A DNA stretch of 64,000 nt from Octopus sinensis (lineage: Eukaryota), in assembly GCF_006345805.1 (NCBI RefSeq), contig NC_043003.1:108066001-108130000 (forward strand), written 5' to 3'. Within the stretch, counting starts at the first letter, position 1. Every line of letters starts with the position of its first letter. Position numbers and translations under genes: made by a program. The notes under the pieces were generated by a model. The model did no database searches, was not told the DNA's origin, and saw only the letters and a program-made list of their open reading frames with translations. Shown piece after piece: positions 49,791 to 63,515 of the stretch.

Positions 49791-51590
49791 AGATAAAAGA
49801 TATATGTATGCATATACATATATATACATACATGCACATATGTGTATGTGTGTGTGTGATTATGTATATGCATGATTATATGATATAGAAGTGGTTATTG
49901 TAGTGGAGGTGGTGTTGGTTGTAGTGGTGGTAGTCATCGTGGTCGGGGTCGTCGTTCTGGTAGTAGTGACATTGGCAGAGGAGGTGGAATGGTGGTGGTA
50001 GTAGTAGCTGCAGCGAGGGCAGTGGTGTTGGAGATGGTGTGAATGTTATGGCGCATGGTGGCAGAAGCAGAGTTTGTTAGTAGTGGTGATTTCACCATTC
50101 TATATACTATGGCTTAAGCTACATGTTAATGAACGCTGTATTTAGAACAACACTAAAGAAACAGTATAATGGATTCCCACAAGCTTTTTGTCCGTCTTTC
50201 TGTCGGTCAATGCCTCTTGTCAATTATAATTTCTGACATTCGATTCATCACCATTTTTTTTCGCTTTTCTTTCTTTCTTTCTTTCTTTCTAAAAATAGTT
50301 TTTCTTTTGTATTTGTTCTCTTCTTCTTCATCATCATTGTCATCATCGTTGTCGTCGTTATCATCATCATCATCATTATCATCATCAGCAGCAGCAGCAT
50401 CATCATCATCAACAACAACGACGACAACAACACCTGCAGCTACTTTGCCCACCATTTCGCCTGGCAGTATTTTAAGATTTTTTCCTCCTTTCTTGCCAAC
50501 CCAGTCCTCCAGATAATAATATGCAATAAATAAATAAATAAATAAATATGTAAAAATATTATACATTAGGATCAAGTCAAAACATTATAAAAATAAGTTT
50601 ATGTTGGCAAACCAAGAAAATAAAATTATATTCATAATATTAATTACAAGGGAACTTTCTCAACCTCACAACTAGCAAAGACATCAATTACAGATTCGTA
50701 ATTAAGTTCACATGCAAGAGATGATTTGACTGTTAAGGTCCCCACATGAGATAACCTTTCTTAACATGTCTTTGATCTTATAACATTCTTCATACGAGCT
50801 AAAACAGTGAAACATCTAAAGATCTTTCATCCTGTTCAGCTGTGACTTGTAAGCTGTAGCGAAAAAAAAAAAAGAATAGAAAAGGAAAAAGAAGCTATGA
50901 AATGTTATAATTACATTAGGGAATTGTATTTCAAGATGTAACTGAGAAAACTTTGTTTAATAATTCAATTGATAGAATGGAAATGGGTTCCAAGGAATAT
51001 TTGATTCGTGTATTGATTTTAAAATGGAATATTTCATCTTTCATATCAATTGATATATCGATATCATATATTTCACACAACTGATTACTTTACCATTGTG
51101 TTCAATATGATCGCTTTCTATTTCCAAATGAATGCAAATGAATTATAGAAATGCGATGCACCGTAGAAGTGTTTTAAAATATTTGAAATGATCAAATCAA
51201 ATATGGCGTAAAATATTTCTAACTTAGGCCCGTTCACTGTGCTAGATACGTATATGCATCGCTTTTGCCATCTCTACTTTGTCTGACGAATTGAAGATCT
51301 GGAAAACGAAATGACCCAGATTGCATAATCCGGCCATTATCTTTACTGAAACATGTGTAAGATGACGTAATTAAATAGTTTATTAAACGAATCTCCACTT
51401 TCTTTTGGGTTTTTTTTTCTGTACATAAAGAGTAAAAAGAGTAAAGAGAGAGTAAAAGAGTATATATATATATTTCGAAACTGTCGGCCATAAATATATT
51501 CTTTCTCATTATTTTAAAAGAAATGATTATATCTAATGTGTGTGTAGGTGCAGTTGTGTGCGCGTGCGAGGTGCGTGCGTGCGGATGTCC

Positions 51591-51627
<37 letters not shown>

Positions 51628-51864
51628 GTGTGTGTGTGTGCGTATGTGTGTGTGTGTGTGTGCATATATACAATATATATAAAATAATGCGTGTGTTTGA
51701 ATAGGTGAAAACAGCGAAAAGCACTTCCTTCCATCAGATCTGTGTTAAACTACACTTTTAAAAAAGATTTCTTATATAATAAATAATTTTCAATTTAAGA
51801 AAATCTTTCAAATGTTGTGACTTTATCAAGAAATTTTTCTAAAAGATTGTATTATATACATATG

Positions 51865-51911
<47 letters not shown>

Positions 51912-52233
51912 TGTGTGTGTGTGCGCGCGTGTGCGTGTGTGTGTGTAGAATATATAAATATGTATATGTATATATTTATATGTACATATCAACATATCTA
52001 TACAAACAGATGTGCATATACATATATATATGCACACACACACAAACACACGCGCAAGCACGCACACGCACACACACACACACACAACACACACACACAC
52101 ACACACACAAACTCACATATGTATACATCCCCGTTCTTTTACTTAATCAGATGTTTATGCATACTTTTAAAGTTTACATAAAATTTCACAAACATACACA
52201 CCTCAGATTTGCATCTACAAAGTAGCTATTCGT

Positions 52234-52264
<31 letters not shown>

Positions 52265-52799
52265 CACACAAACACACACACACACACGCACGCACGCACA
52301 CACGCACTAGTACTCACTCTCACCCGCACATACAAATGCACTCACATGCCGCCTCCCGCTTACATTCAATCACACACTGCATACAAACTGAAACCTTTCA
52401 TTCTAGTTCGTTTATATAAAATCATTATACGTTCAGCTCTGCTTAAACAATTTATCAAAATTCAGGAACTAAAAATAAAACCAATAATTGCCAAATTTCA
52501 GGAAACTTTTAATCTCAATTTGAACATTATTTTCCACGTAGCATGTCAGATGCACCGAAACCACGAAAGACTTAAATTACTTGAAGGAAATGATAAAGGA
52601 AATATTTTTGCTAGTGCCGGAAATGTTTATAATTGTATGAAATCATTTATGGTAACAGAATGTTTGAGAAGGATAACTTAAGAATGATTGAGCACATATT
52701 CTGGCGAATCGATCGCCAGATATAATCGCAGTGTCACCGATTTCTTTAGATGACTAGTTTTAGCTTGGAGAAAGATTGGCTTGTTTTGGCTTGGAGAAA

Positions 52800-53450
52800 G
52801 AGGTGATGATGTCGGAGGTGGGGATGACTACTGTGTAGTTAGTGATGGTGGTGAGGAAGAGGAGCAGTGGAGTCGATAAAGGTAGCGGTGATGATTACGG
52901 TAATACTAGTAGGGGTGTTATGGTGGAAGTGGTTCTGTGTAGGTGGTGGTTCTCTAGTGGTGGTGATCACTAGTATTGGTGATGATAGTTGTAGCAGCTG
53001 GGGGTGATGTGGTAATGGAGTCGGTGGTAATTGTGGCAGTGGTGGTGGTGGTTTGGTGGTGATTTGGTGGTGGTGGTGGTGGTGGTGGCGGTGGTGGTGG
53101 TTTGGTGGTGATTGGTGGTGGTGGTGGTGGTGGTGGTGGTGGTGGTGGTGGTGGTTTGGTGGAGGTGGTCTTCGTCTTCGTTGTAGCAGTGTGGCGGTGG
53201 TGTTGATACTGGTGGTGGTGGAGGAACGATGGTAGTGGTGGTGGTAGTGGTGATGACGGTAGTTGTAATGGTGGTGGTTGTTGTGGTTGTAGTTGTGGTG
53301 GTGGTGGTGGTGTGGTGGTGGTGGTGGCGGTGGTGGTGGTAGCGGCGGCGGCGGCGGCGGTGGCTGTGATGGTAGCTGTAGTGGATAGTGGTGGTGGTGG
53401 TAGCTGTATTAGTGATAGTAGTGTGAAAGTGATGATGGGGGGGTGCGGTA
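52800..53450. repeat. Degenerate (GGT)n G-rich array
   Basis: Directly visible; followed by a (GA)n-rich tract at 53505-53780. Confidence 0.9.
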
Positions 53451-53501
53451 GTTAAGTACGGTTATTATCTACAAACGTGTTCCATTGATGAAGAAGTTTC
53501 C

Positions 53502-53550
<49 letters not shown>

Positions 53551-54499
53551 CAGAGAGAGACAGAGAAAGAGAGATAGAGAAAAAGAGAGAGAGAGAGAGG
53601 CTGACAGACAGACTGGTAGATAGACAGAGAGAGAGTGAGAGAGAAAGAAAGAAAGAAAGAAAGACAGAAAGAGAGAAAGACAGTGAGAGAAGGTCATAGA
53701 AAGAAATGACACATAGAGAGAGGAACAGAGAGAGAGAGAGAGGAGGGGAGAGTGAGAAGGGGAGAGAGAAAGAGAAATATGAGGATTTGATATATTTATT
53801 ATTGATTTAGACAAATGCTAGATCCCTGGAATCTGTATTTTTGGACGAGCGGATTTCGTATTGTTGATTCAATAGCATAGAATTTGCAGCATTTTTTAGA
53901 TATTCTTTGATATTTCTAGCGTGTAAATACTTTCTACCAAACATATTTTGACATGTAGTAAAATAGAAACATTTGAGACGTTTGGCATGTCACATACATG
54001 ATTAGGCAATATGGTTGGCGGTTTCCTAACTGTTCAGTCCCTCATCAGGCTTGCGTGTAGCACGTAATATGACTCTCCGAATGTTGAGAAGATCTACGAC
54101 TTGTAAATAGACAATACTGTACCGAAATACATGTGCATCTAGGCTTTTGGATGTGAGTGAGTGCATGCAAATAACAACATGTCTATGCAAATGTGAAGCG
54201 TGTATTCGTGTGGACTTATACATAAACTTTAACAATTTATGTGTAAATATGGACGTCTAAACAAAAGAACGGATACATAGAGACACACACACACACATAG
54301 GTTGGTAGGGTGGTAGGAAGAGGATAAATAAATAATGTATTTACACATATATATTCAAATGAGTGTGTGTGCTTTACAGGTATAAAAGGATAGATATCAT
54401 GTAGGTGAAATAAACATCAGGCTTGTTTTGCTGCTCCACGCAGGAACTTCAGGTCCTACTTAGCTATAGGGCAAGCTTCAGGTAGCCACTAAAGCCATC

Positions 54500-54720
54500 A
54501 CAATTTAGGAAACACATAAGGCAGTTAGCACGTCGGTCAAAATGCATAACGACATTTCATCCGTTCTTACGTTCTGAGTTCAAATTCTGTCGAGGTTGAC
54601 TTCGCCTTTCATTGTTTGGGAGTCGATAAAATAAGCACCGGTTGAGCGCTGGGGTCGATGTAATCGACTTGCACCATCTTTCGAAAATTGCTGTTATAGG
54701 TTCAAAATTTGAAACCAGTA
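54500..54720 (+). mobile_element. tRNA-derived SINE
   Basis: GTTCTGAGTTCAAATTCTGTCGAGGTTGACTTCGCCTTTCA...GGGGTCGATGTAATCGAC. Confidence 0.8.
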
Positions 54721-54959
54721 TTGGAAAGACTTCCTGATCTACGATGGATATTTCGGTATCACAAATGTTTTGCCCTTTCACCTGCATACATCACCTGTAG
54801 GTTTCGCTTGAATGTGACAGCGACGGTTAACCAATTTGGAGCTTGGGTGAGTTATATAGCAATTGATAAACTTACAATATTTATGGATATTATACATTTT
54901 GAAGACTTAATATTGTACATATTATCCTACATGAAAGCGTATTTCAATGTAACATAGTA

Positions 54960-55513
54960 TTGGGTTGTCAGGAAAGTTCGTGCCGATTTATAGCAGCTTA
55001 CCTTTCGACTTATTTTAAAACATGGTTGAGTCCATAAAATAGGATTTGACTACACCTCCATTTAGAGCACAGTTTAAGCTATCTTTCCATGGAAGAAGAT
55101 TTATGTTCCTATAACCTGTGTTAATTCTGTAACCCTTTAAAATAGAAGATAAGAAACTTCATTTTCGGCACTTGATGCTTTGGGAACCAGACAAAAATTG
55201 CTGCAGCTCGGCTGGGATGTGTTACCCCACCCTCCATTTTCACCAGATATTGCTCCTTCGGATGTCCACTTATTCAGGTCTCTGCAGAATAGTCTTAATG
55301 GTAGAAATTTCAATTCCTTGGATGACGTAAAAAGTTACCTTGATGAATTATTTGCCATGAAACCCCCTCAATTCTGGGAAGAGAGTATTTTCAAGTTAAA
55401 GGAAAGATGGAGACGCATTGTGCAATAAAATGGTTCATATTTGGTTGATTAAAAGTATAATGGCAAGTATTTATTGACCTATTTCTTTCCTTTAAAAATC
55501 GGCACGAACTCAA
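54960..55513 (+). mobile_element. Internally deleted mariner (554 bp)
   Basis: TA-TTGGGTTGTCAGGAAAGTTCGTGCCGATTT and AAATCGGCACGAACTCAA-TA termini; EDKKLHFRHLML fused to TRQKLLQLGWDVLPHPPFSPDIAPSD...RWRRIVQ. Confidence 0.93.
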
Positions 55514-56024
55514 TAAACGCAAGCACACATACGCTCAAACACACCCACACCCAAACACTATCAAACACTGAAAACACAAAATCACACACATAAATGGAAA
55601 GATACACACGGACACATACAGACACAAAGAAGATAAACACTCGCATGCATACATAAACACACATACGCAAACATACATACGCGCACAAACATACACACAT
55701 ACGCATATACACACACACATACACATATACACACACATACATATACATGCGTCGTATGTGTTTATCTATCCATAAATGGATAATTCTTTAATGGTCGTTT
55801 TGTATATGTATGTATTTATATGTATATATCAACATATCTATACATACATATGTGTATATACATATATATATACATATATATATGCACACACACATAAACA
55901 CACACACAAACACTCACGCACGCACACACACACACAACGCACATATGTATACATCCCCGCACTGTAATGGGCTGATGTTAAAGAAACAGAAACTTTTCTT
56001 AATGTTGATAGTATGATTCAAGGT

Positions 56025-56545
56025 AAGACAGCGAGCTGGCAGAATCGTTAGCACACCGGATAAAATGCATAGCAGCATTTCGTCCGTCTTTACATTCTGA
56101 GTTCATATTTTGTGGAGATCGACATTGCCTTTTATTGTTCCGTGGTGGAGAAAATAGGTACCAGTTCAACACTGGAGTCGATGAAATCGACTACTCCACT
56201 CACTGAAATCGTGGAAGAGCAATGGTCTAGTGGTTAGGGCAGCGGACTCGCGGTCGGAGGATCACGGTTTCGATTCCCAGACCGGGCGTTGTGTGTGTTT
56301 ATTGAGCAGAAACACCTAAAGCTGCACGAGGGTGGTGGCGACCCCTGTTTCTCTCACGCTCTGTTCCTGTTTCTTGGGTAACGCTGCGATGGACTAGCGT
56401 CCGGTCCAGCTGGGGGGAACACACGCGCCATAGAAACAGGGAAACCAGACCCATGAACCTGGCTAGGCTTGAAAAGGGCGCATAAACAAAAAATAAATAA
56501 ATAAAATACTCGCTGAAATCCTGGGCTAAAATTTGAAACTGATCT
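56025..56545 (+). mobile_element. Host SINE (56025-56214 + 56508-56545) split by a nested SINE
   Basis: GAGCTGGCAGAATCGTTAGCAC head; duplicated ACTC(A/G)CTGAAATC(G/C)TGG at 56198-56214 and 56508-56524. Confidence 0.85.
56215..56507 (+). mobile_element. Nested tRNA-derived SINE with V-domain-like module and A-rich tail
   Basis: Head as at 40149; GGGTAACGCTGCGATGGACTAGCGTCCGGTCCAG; (AAAT)n tail; 17-bp TSD with two mismatches. Confidence 0.88.
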
Positions 56546-56816
56546 TATGATGTTATGATGTTATACCACAAAAATTGAAATGAAGTATCAAAACGAAAAT
56601 GAAACAGTGGAAGTATTAAGAGAAAATCCATACTTTAATAAAATATTCCTTTTTTCGTTTTTTAGCTTCTTTCCTTTAGATTACTGAACGCAAAGAAATG
56701 TACATAAAATGACGATACACGAAGAATATAGATAGTTATCTAAATAAAACTTAATATATATGTATAGACATATATGTATATATATGTATATGTGTGTGTG
56801 TTTGTGTGTGTATATG

Positions 56817-56848
<32 letters not shown>

Positions 56849-56883
56849 AGTATATGTATATATGTGTATATATATATGTATAA

Positions 56884-56916
<33 letters not shown>

Positions 56917-57650
56917 CATACATATATATATATACATATATACATTTTATATATATATATGTATGTATATATTTATGCACATTCACACACATATGTGTGT
57001 ATATATGTACATACATATACACATATATATATATATATATATATACGTATGCGTGTTTGTGTGGAAAATTAATATATAAGGTAAAAATAATTATAAATAA
57101 AATATACTTATTTAAAACATTTTAATTATTTAAAAAAATTACCGAAAATGCAGGCAAGAAAGAAACACGTAAAAGCTAAAGTTAATATGAAAACGGTGAG
57201 GTTTTAGATTTCAGATTGTGAACAACTTCTTTCAAGAGATTAATTTTTTTTTTAATTATTTATTTATTTATTTATTTATGTTCAGAATCGTATTTTTTCT
57301 TCCAGATTCCTAATGTGCTTGCTCCGAAATCACTTCTTGTATTGGTGAGTTCCTTTACTTTGCTAAATTCTTGTTTTTTGACACTAGTTTGGGTCCGTTG
57401 AGATCAACATAATCTTCGTTTAACTAAATTATTAGTAATTCTTATCATTTATTTATTTATTTATTTTGTTTATATCACGTTCTTCTATTATTAGATGCTA
57501 CATAAAATAGGCGCAGGATTCCGCTCTGCAACTAGATAGTAAGGGGTTTCAGTCCCTACACAAGTACTTTCTACTTCATACCCGAGTCAAGCAATGTTTT
57601 GTGAGAGAATATGAGAACCCGAAACACTATGGTGTATAAATATACATACA

Positions 57651-57800
57651 CAGGGGTTGGACAAAATAATTGAAACACCTTAAAATTTAAAACAAATCTA
57701 TTTTAATATGGGGTAGGACAGCCTTTGGTAGTAATTACAGCTTGAATTGTACGTGGTATGGACTCGTACAAAGTTTCAATTGTTCCCAAAGAATTTTTGT
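57651..57800 (+). mobile_element. Tc1-like terminal fragment
   Basis: CAGGGGTTGGACAAAATAATTGAAACACC terminus; no partner TIR seen. Confidence 0.6.
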
Positions 57801-58223
57801 AAACGTGAAGGTTTTAGCCAGTGATCTGATTCTGACCGTTCGTATGTGTATGTACGTAAAAAACACTAATGTGAATGATGCCATAAACAACACATTTCCA
57901 CGTTCACTGATCCGACCAACATATCACACCCTTTCTACCTTAAAGCCGATTTATCATTCTAAAGCCCATTTCCTAATGCTTTTATTATTTCTCAATATGC
58001 AAATTCAGTCTTATAAAAATTCTCATTCTAACCACTTCCTCTCCATTTATGTAAATCAACAAATTCTCGGCCATTTCTTATCATTTTACACTGTGTCTGC
58101 TATCACATTGACTACGAGCGATGAGAGAGAGAGTTTCATTCCCTGATTAAAGAAGATTCTCCGAAAAGTTAGAAGTTATTTTTTCCCATGATGCACATAT
58201 TTAAGCATGTATACTTTATCCAT

Positions 58224-58430
58224 CAAAAGTAGAGTCCAGAGTAATCCATAGGTAGGAGAGGTGCAGACGGAGGGTAAAATGTCCTTGTTTCTTTCTGTGT
58301 TCCTTTCTGTGGAAGAGCGTAGGCTTGAAACGTAAAAGACTTTTTCAATTCCCGAGCGTTATACTAATACATCTGTTTGTTTTCTACACCACCCGTCTTC
58401 GTCTTTTGTTTTTTTCCTGAATTCTCCCCC
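58224..58430 (+). mobile_element. Solo 207-bp PLE pLTR-like insertion with 14-bp TSD
   Basis: TATACTTTATCCAT at 58210-58223 and 58431-58444; contains CTTT-CTGTGGA-A-GAGC-GTAG-GCTT-GAAA-CGT-A-AAAG. Confidence 0.82.
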
Positions 58431-58579
58431 TATACTTTATCCATAGATTACAAATGTTGCCAAGACATACCACCACCAGTTTCCTTGGATATTGTTTTAT
58501 CTTAATCTACATATCCATATACATAAGCGAGCATCATGTGTGCATATATACATCTGCTTCTAAAGGTAGCTTTTTTTCG

Positions 58580-58630
<51 letters not shown>

Positions 58631-59042
58631 CGTTGTTGTGCGTGTGAATGTTCCTCTGGACTAATGCATAAATATATATATGTATGCATTTTGTGAGTGT
58701 AGTTTCTATTTATATACGCTTATTTCATGTATCAGCATATTCATTTTTAGGCGTATGAAGCCATGAATATTTACATACATGCATACGCACATACAAATAA
58801 GCCGTAAAATAAGTAGAAACAACAAAACAAAACAAAAAGGGCAAAATGCTAACGAAAAAGAACAAAGAAGTACAAAAGTTTCATAAAAATAAGATACGGA
58901 AAAAAAATATCCAAAGAGAGAACGAAAGAAAACTGGAAAACAGGTTAGGAAAAAATTCATCATAAATTGAAAAACAACGGAGTGAAAATGAATTTTATCG
59001 ATAATACTACTTAAAAAAATACAAATTATAAAATACTAATTT

Positions 59043-59062
59043 AATAATAATAATAATAATAA

Positions 59063-59156
<94 letters not shown>
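59043..59156. repeat. (AAT)n microsatellite
   Basis: Directly visible. Confidence 0.97.
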
Positions 59157-59623
59157 TAAACCAAAAAGAAAGGAATCAAGTCAAAATATATTTAAAATAA
59201 TCATTTAAATCGATGACGATCAGCGATGCAGCGATGACCAGAGACTTGTTGGAGCGTTGACTGAATAAATAGCTTTAAATCAGAGCTTTACGCATCGCGC
59301 AAAGCGCTGAGTTTGTGCAAATCGGCAGCCATTTTTCCTGTCGAACATTACCTGTTCGTTCTAATACAATTTACATGCTTGTATAGTTTCATAATTTATA
59401 TCGACCCCTTTAAGCTCACTCTTGCAATCTTTCATACATATATCATAATGTAATTATTATAACCACATAACAATGCATTTATACATTTGTTTATTACGTT
59501 TATTAATGCAACTTTTTCTTCTTCATTGTTTTCTCTCTACCTATTTTCCGTTGCACACAGACACACACATTTACTGTATCACATCCACAATCCATGCACA
59601 ACACGCACACGCATACATACACA

Positions 59624-59688
<65 letters not shown>

Positions 59689-59691
59689 ATA

Positions 59692-59816
<125 letters not shown>

Positions 59817-60188
59817 TATACATACACAAGCATATATACTTGCATCATGTACAAAATATGCTTCTATACCTACTTAGAATATTTCACTACTTATCTATTT
59901 ATGTACCTACTTACTAATCCAACTAGCCATCCACCCATCCATCGATCCACCCATCCACCCATCGATCTCCTCCTTCTTTTACGTCTTGCCCTTCCACCTT
60001 ACCTTCATTGAGGTTTTTATATTTACCTCAAAACCCGAAACATTGAAAGTATAGATTTTACCATTTTTATTATTAAATTTTCTTTTTCTCGCGTCTTCTA
60101 CTCTCTCTCATTCACCTTTTTTCTCACTCTCTCTGCCTATCACGTGCTTTTTCTCTGTCCTGTTTGCTTTTTCTTTCTTCTCTCCTTC

Positions 60189-60239
<51 letters not shown>

Positions 60240-60929
60240 CTCATTTATTCAATATTTGTTTCTTCTTTTCCTATCGTCATGCTACAATATTTTCCCCCAA
60301 ACCTCCATCAACGCCAGCATCACACCCACACAGCATTAACGGAAACAGAATTCACCTTAAAAGTTTGTAGTACCACCAACACCACGCATTACAAAAGCTA
60401 CGCACCACCACCACCAGCGGCTGCAGCAGCGGCAAATACAACATTAATATCAATTTCCAGCCACGACATTAACCGTAGCATTCATTTCCACCATAAAGTA
60501 GCAATAACGTCTCTAATGCCATCCAAATGAACACTTCTATCATTAATACCACTAACATCCAAAGCACAACAATATCACTTTCATCACGTACGACAGTAAT
60601 AATAACAATAGACAACGGGACACACTTTAAGTGGTTGGTGAGCCTGCTAGAAATAACAACCAAATCTCATGCATATAATATTTTCTTGTCTTAAGTAAGG
60701 AAAGGGCACATTAGCTATGATGATGTAGAGTTACCTACCACTAAAATCAGAAGATGGTATTGATTGGTCAATCAGAATTGACCTAGGGTTAAAGAACAAG
60801 AATAGCAGCATTGCAATATTGTATTATGCAATACAATTGTATATTAACACATTAGTACAGAAAAAGAAATCTAGCTCATCAGATCACTAGAACCAAAGCA
60901 CATAGCTAAAACTACTGACCAGTAGCGTG

Positions 60930-63140
60930 TCAGAATTTAATGTACAAAATATATACAGCATATTTAAAACTCCAATGGAAATAATAACATCATCACAGCA
61001 GAACAAGAAGCCGGGAAGAAGAGAGTTTAGGAATGTGTCGAGCAATTGTCAATAAACAAAACTATATTGTCAGCGGTACGGGAGTATTTGAGAAACCTAA
61101 TTTCAATGTGTTTGGACTATAAGAAAGCCCCCAATCGTGGATGCTAGAAACCCTTCGACTTGCTAAAGTTCCAGTGAACATAATTAAAGCCATAGCTGAC
61201 CTGACTTCTTCGTGGGCCACCATCTTGAAGTGATTGCATTATCACTAATAAAATACAGCATCGCAGAGGTATTTTGCAAGGGGACAGCCACTCTGTGATG
61301 CTGTTTATACTTTCTGGAAACCCATTGTCATTCCTGTTAAGAAAGTCTGAAGGGTTCGCAAGGAAACAGAAATTACATATTGTTCCATTGTAGATAATTT
61401 GAAACTATATGCCAAGAATATGCATCAGATGAAAAAGAGCCTTGATCTGGTTGCAACAGCCTCAAAGGATATAAGGATGGAGTTTGGTCGGGATACATGT
61501 TGCTATATGGTTGTAAAAAGAGGGAAATCTGTAAACCTGACTCACAGCATAACTTAAATGTTTCCCCTCTATCTGATGAGGAATGTTACAAGTGCTTAGG
61601 AGTGGAAGAAAACCGATACCATCGTAAGATGGTACCGGTATTAAGAAATGTATTACTAAAGAATATTACAGCTGAATAAAGAAAATATGGACCTCAGAAC
61701 TCTCTACATTCAATAAAACTAGCTCATAATCTGTTTGCTGTGCCAGTACTCATACCAGCATTTGAGCTACTTGAGTGGACGATTGATGAGACTTGAACCA
61801 TTGATATGAAAACCTGGAAAATATTAACCAGCATATATAATTTCCACATCAACAGCGACGTAGACCGCCTCTACCTAAAACGAAAACAAGAGCGTAGAAG
61901 CTAAACATCGATACAAACTGAGCTTTGAATGTCGTATTACATCCGTTTGGCGACATATTTTAACCACCAAGTGTTGAAGTGCATCCCTTGACCAAGTTTG
62001 CATACATGTGGCTAATAACATCATGAGACTTCGAAAGCAGCGCTTTGAGCAGTATTCCTTGTCTGATAACCTTAAACATATCCGTAAAAAGTCGCACGAC
62101 TTTACCGCAACGTATCATCAGATGAAAGGATGAGCGTATATCATCTATATCAGCAGAAGATCATGCTTGGATGTTAAAAGAGAGTTCCTGGTTGATAGTA
62201 ACATTTATCATCAAAACAGTCTAACATACATCAACAATCTGATTACTTACTCTCATTTCGAAGGGTATGCGTTTGCAATCCAGGAACATGAAATATCAAC
62301 CAAATATCTGCACAAAAGGGACAGAGACGCAGGAAAAACAGCAGAATGGGATAACAGATGCAGACTTTGTGGAGTTAACGCCAAAGACATCATCAACATC
62401 ATAAGCAGTTGTCCGAAAATGTCATTATAGTACATCTACAAATGAGACGTGGTGTTGTATCTAAGACACTGCATAATGAGATCCGACGGAAGGATAACCC
62501 TGAAGCCAAAGAAATAAGAACCCACAGAATAGTAGAAACCATAGCCCTCTCATAATAACAAGGAGTACTGGTGTAATGTCCCATTGAAAACCTCAATGAA
62601 ATGTAAACATAATACCTCTGACTTTGTAATTTGAGATAGAGAAGAGAAAGTGTGTAGACTTGTGGAAATCAGCGGATGTTAACGTGGAGCAGAACATCAC
62701 GAAAAAGAAAACACATACGCTGAACTATTTAGAAATTTACAGTTACTCTACCCACATTACAAGTTAAGGTTTATACCTGTAATTACTGGGGCTCTGGAAT
62801 ATATCATACACTGCTTAAGTAGTTATCTTGAGAAATTTGGCTTCTCAAAATCAGAAAGGAGAAAGCTGATTCGAAGGCTACAAGTCCAATTCATCATCGA
62901 AACTGTAAAGATCTGTAAAACTTTCCAGAAAATTATTATTTAAGTATATTTGCGCATGACTAACATATGCAACAATATGCATGAGAATACATAAAAGAAA
63001 ACATGCAATGACTTCAAATACTGCACATATATATTACATGAAAAATGCCCTGGTGATGGTGTTGAAATTGCAATAACCTGGATTTAGGTTAGAAACTGGC
63101 TCTTTATTGGCAAGAAATCGTGAAATAAAACTGAATAATG
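60930..63140 (+). mobile_element. 5'-truncated, degenerate R4/Dong-type LINE (RT + CCHC + restriction-like endonuclease)
   Basis: RGILQGDS..LF, DNLKLYAK, YKCLGVEE, DRLYLKRK, FAIQEHEI, CRLCG...IISSCP, KHNTSDFVI*D...LVEIS, NLQLLYP..K..FIPVITGALE, TVKICKTFQK; ends in (ACAT)n. Confidence 0.9.
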
Positions 63141-63515
63141 ACATACATACACACATACACATACATACATGTATACAATATATATGACGTGATTCTTTCA
63201 GTTTCCGTCAACCAAATCTACGTGCCTAGGAAGCAAGAGTTTTTATTTCATTAAATTGGCCACAAAGGCCGTACAAAGATGGAAACGAACAAGGACAGAC
63301 AGAAAAAAGGAGAAGAAGCTGCTTTCATTAAAAGTTAATGTCCGAATGAATGATGATAGCAGAAAATGACATAATGCAATTAAAAATATAATAGAATATT
63401 ATTAAAATAGAAATAACATATTTCTAAATATCTCAGAGAGATTTATGCAGTAGTGGTCCGATAAAGTAGTTGTATACTGTCAACTTAATGTGACAGTCAC
63501 ATGAATGGAATCATA

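Noticed and set aside
51228-51356. 129-bp plus-strand segment with AG acceptor and GTAAGA donor
   Set aside because: All three frames contain stops; at most a non-coding exon, with no other support.
59043-59156. (AAT)n as the target of the Dong-like LINE
   Set aside because: It is about 1.8 kb from the LINE 5' junction; the LINE ends abut (ACAT)n instead.
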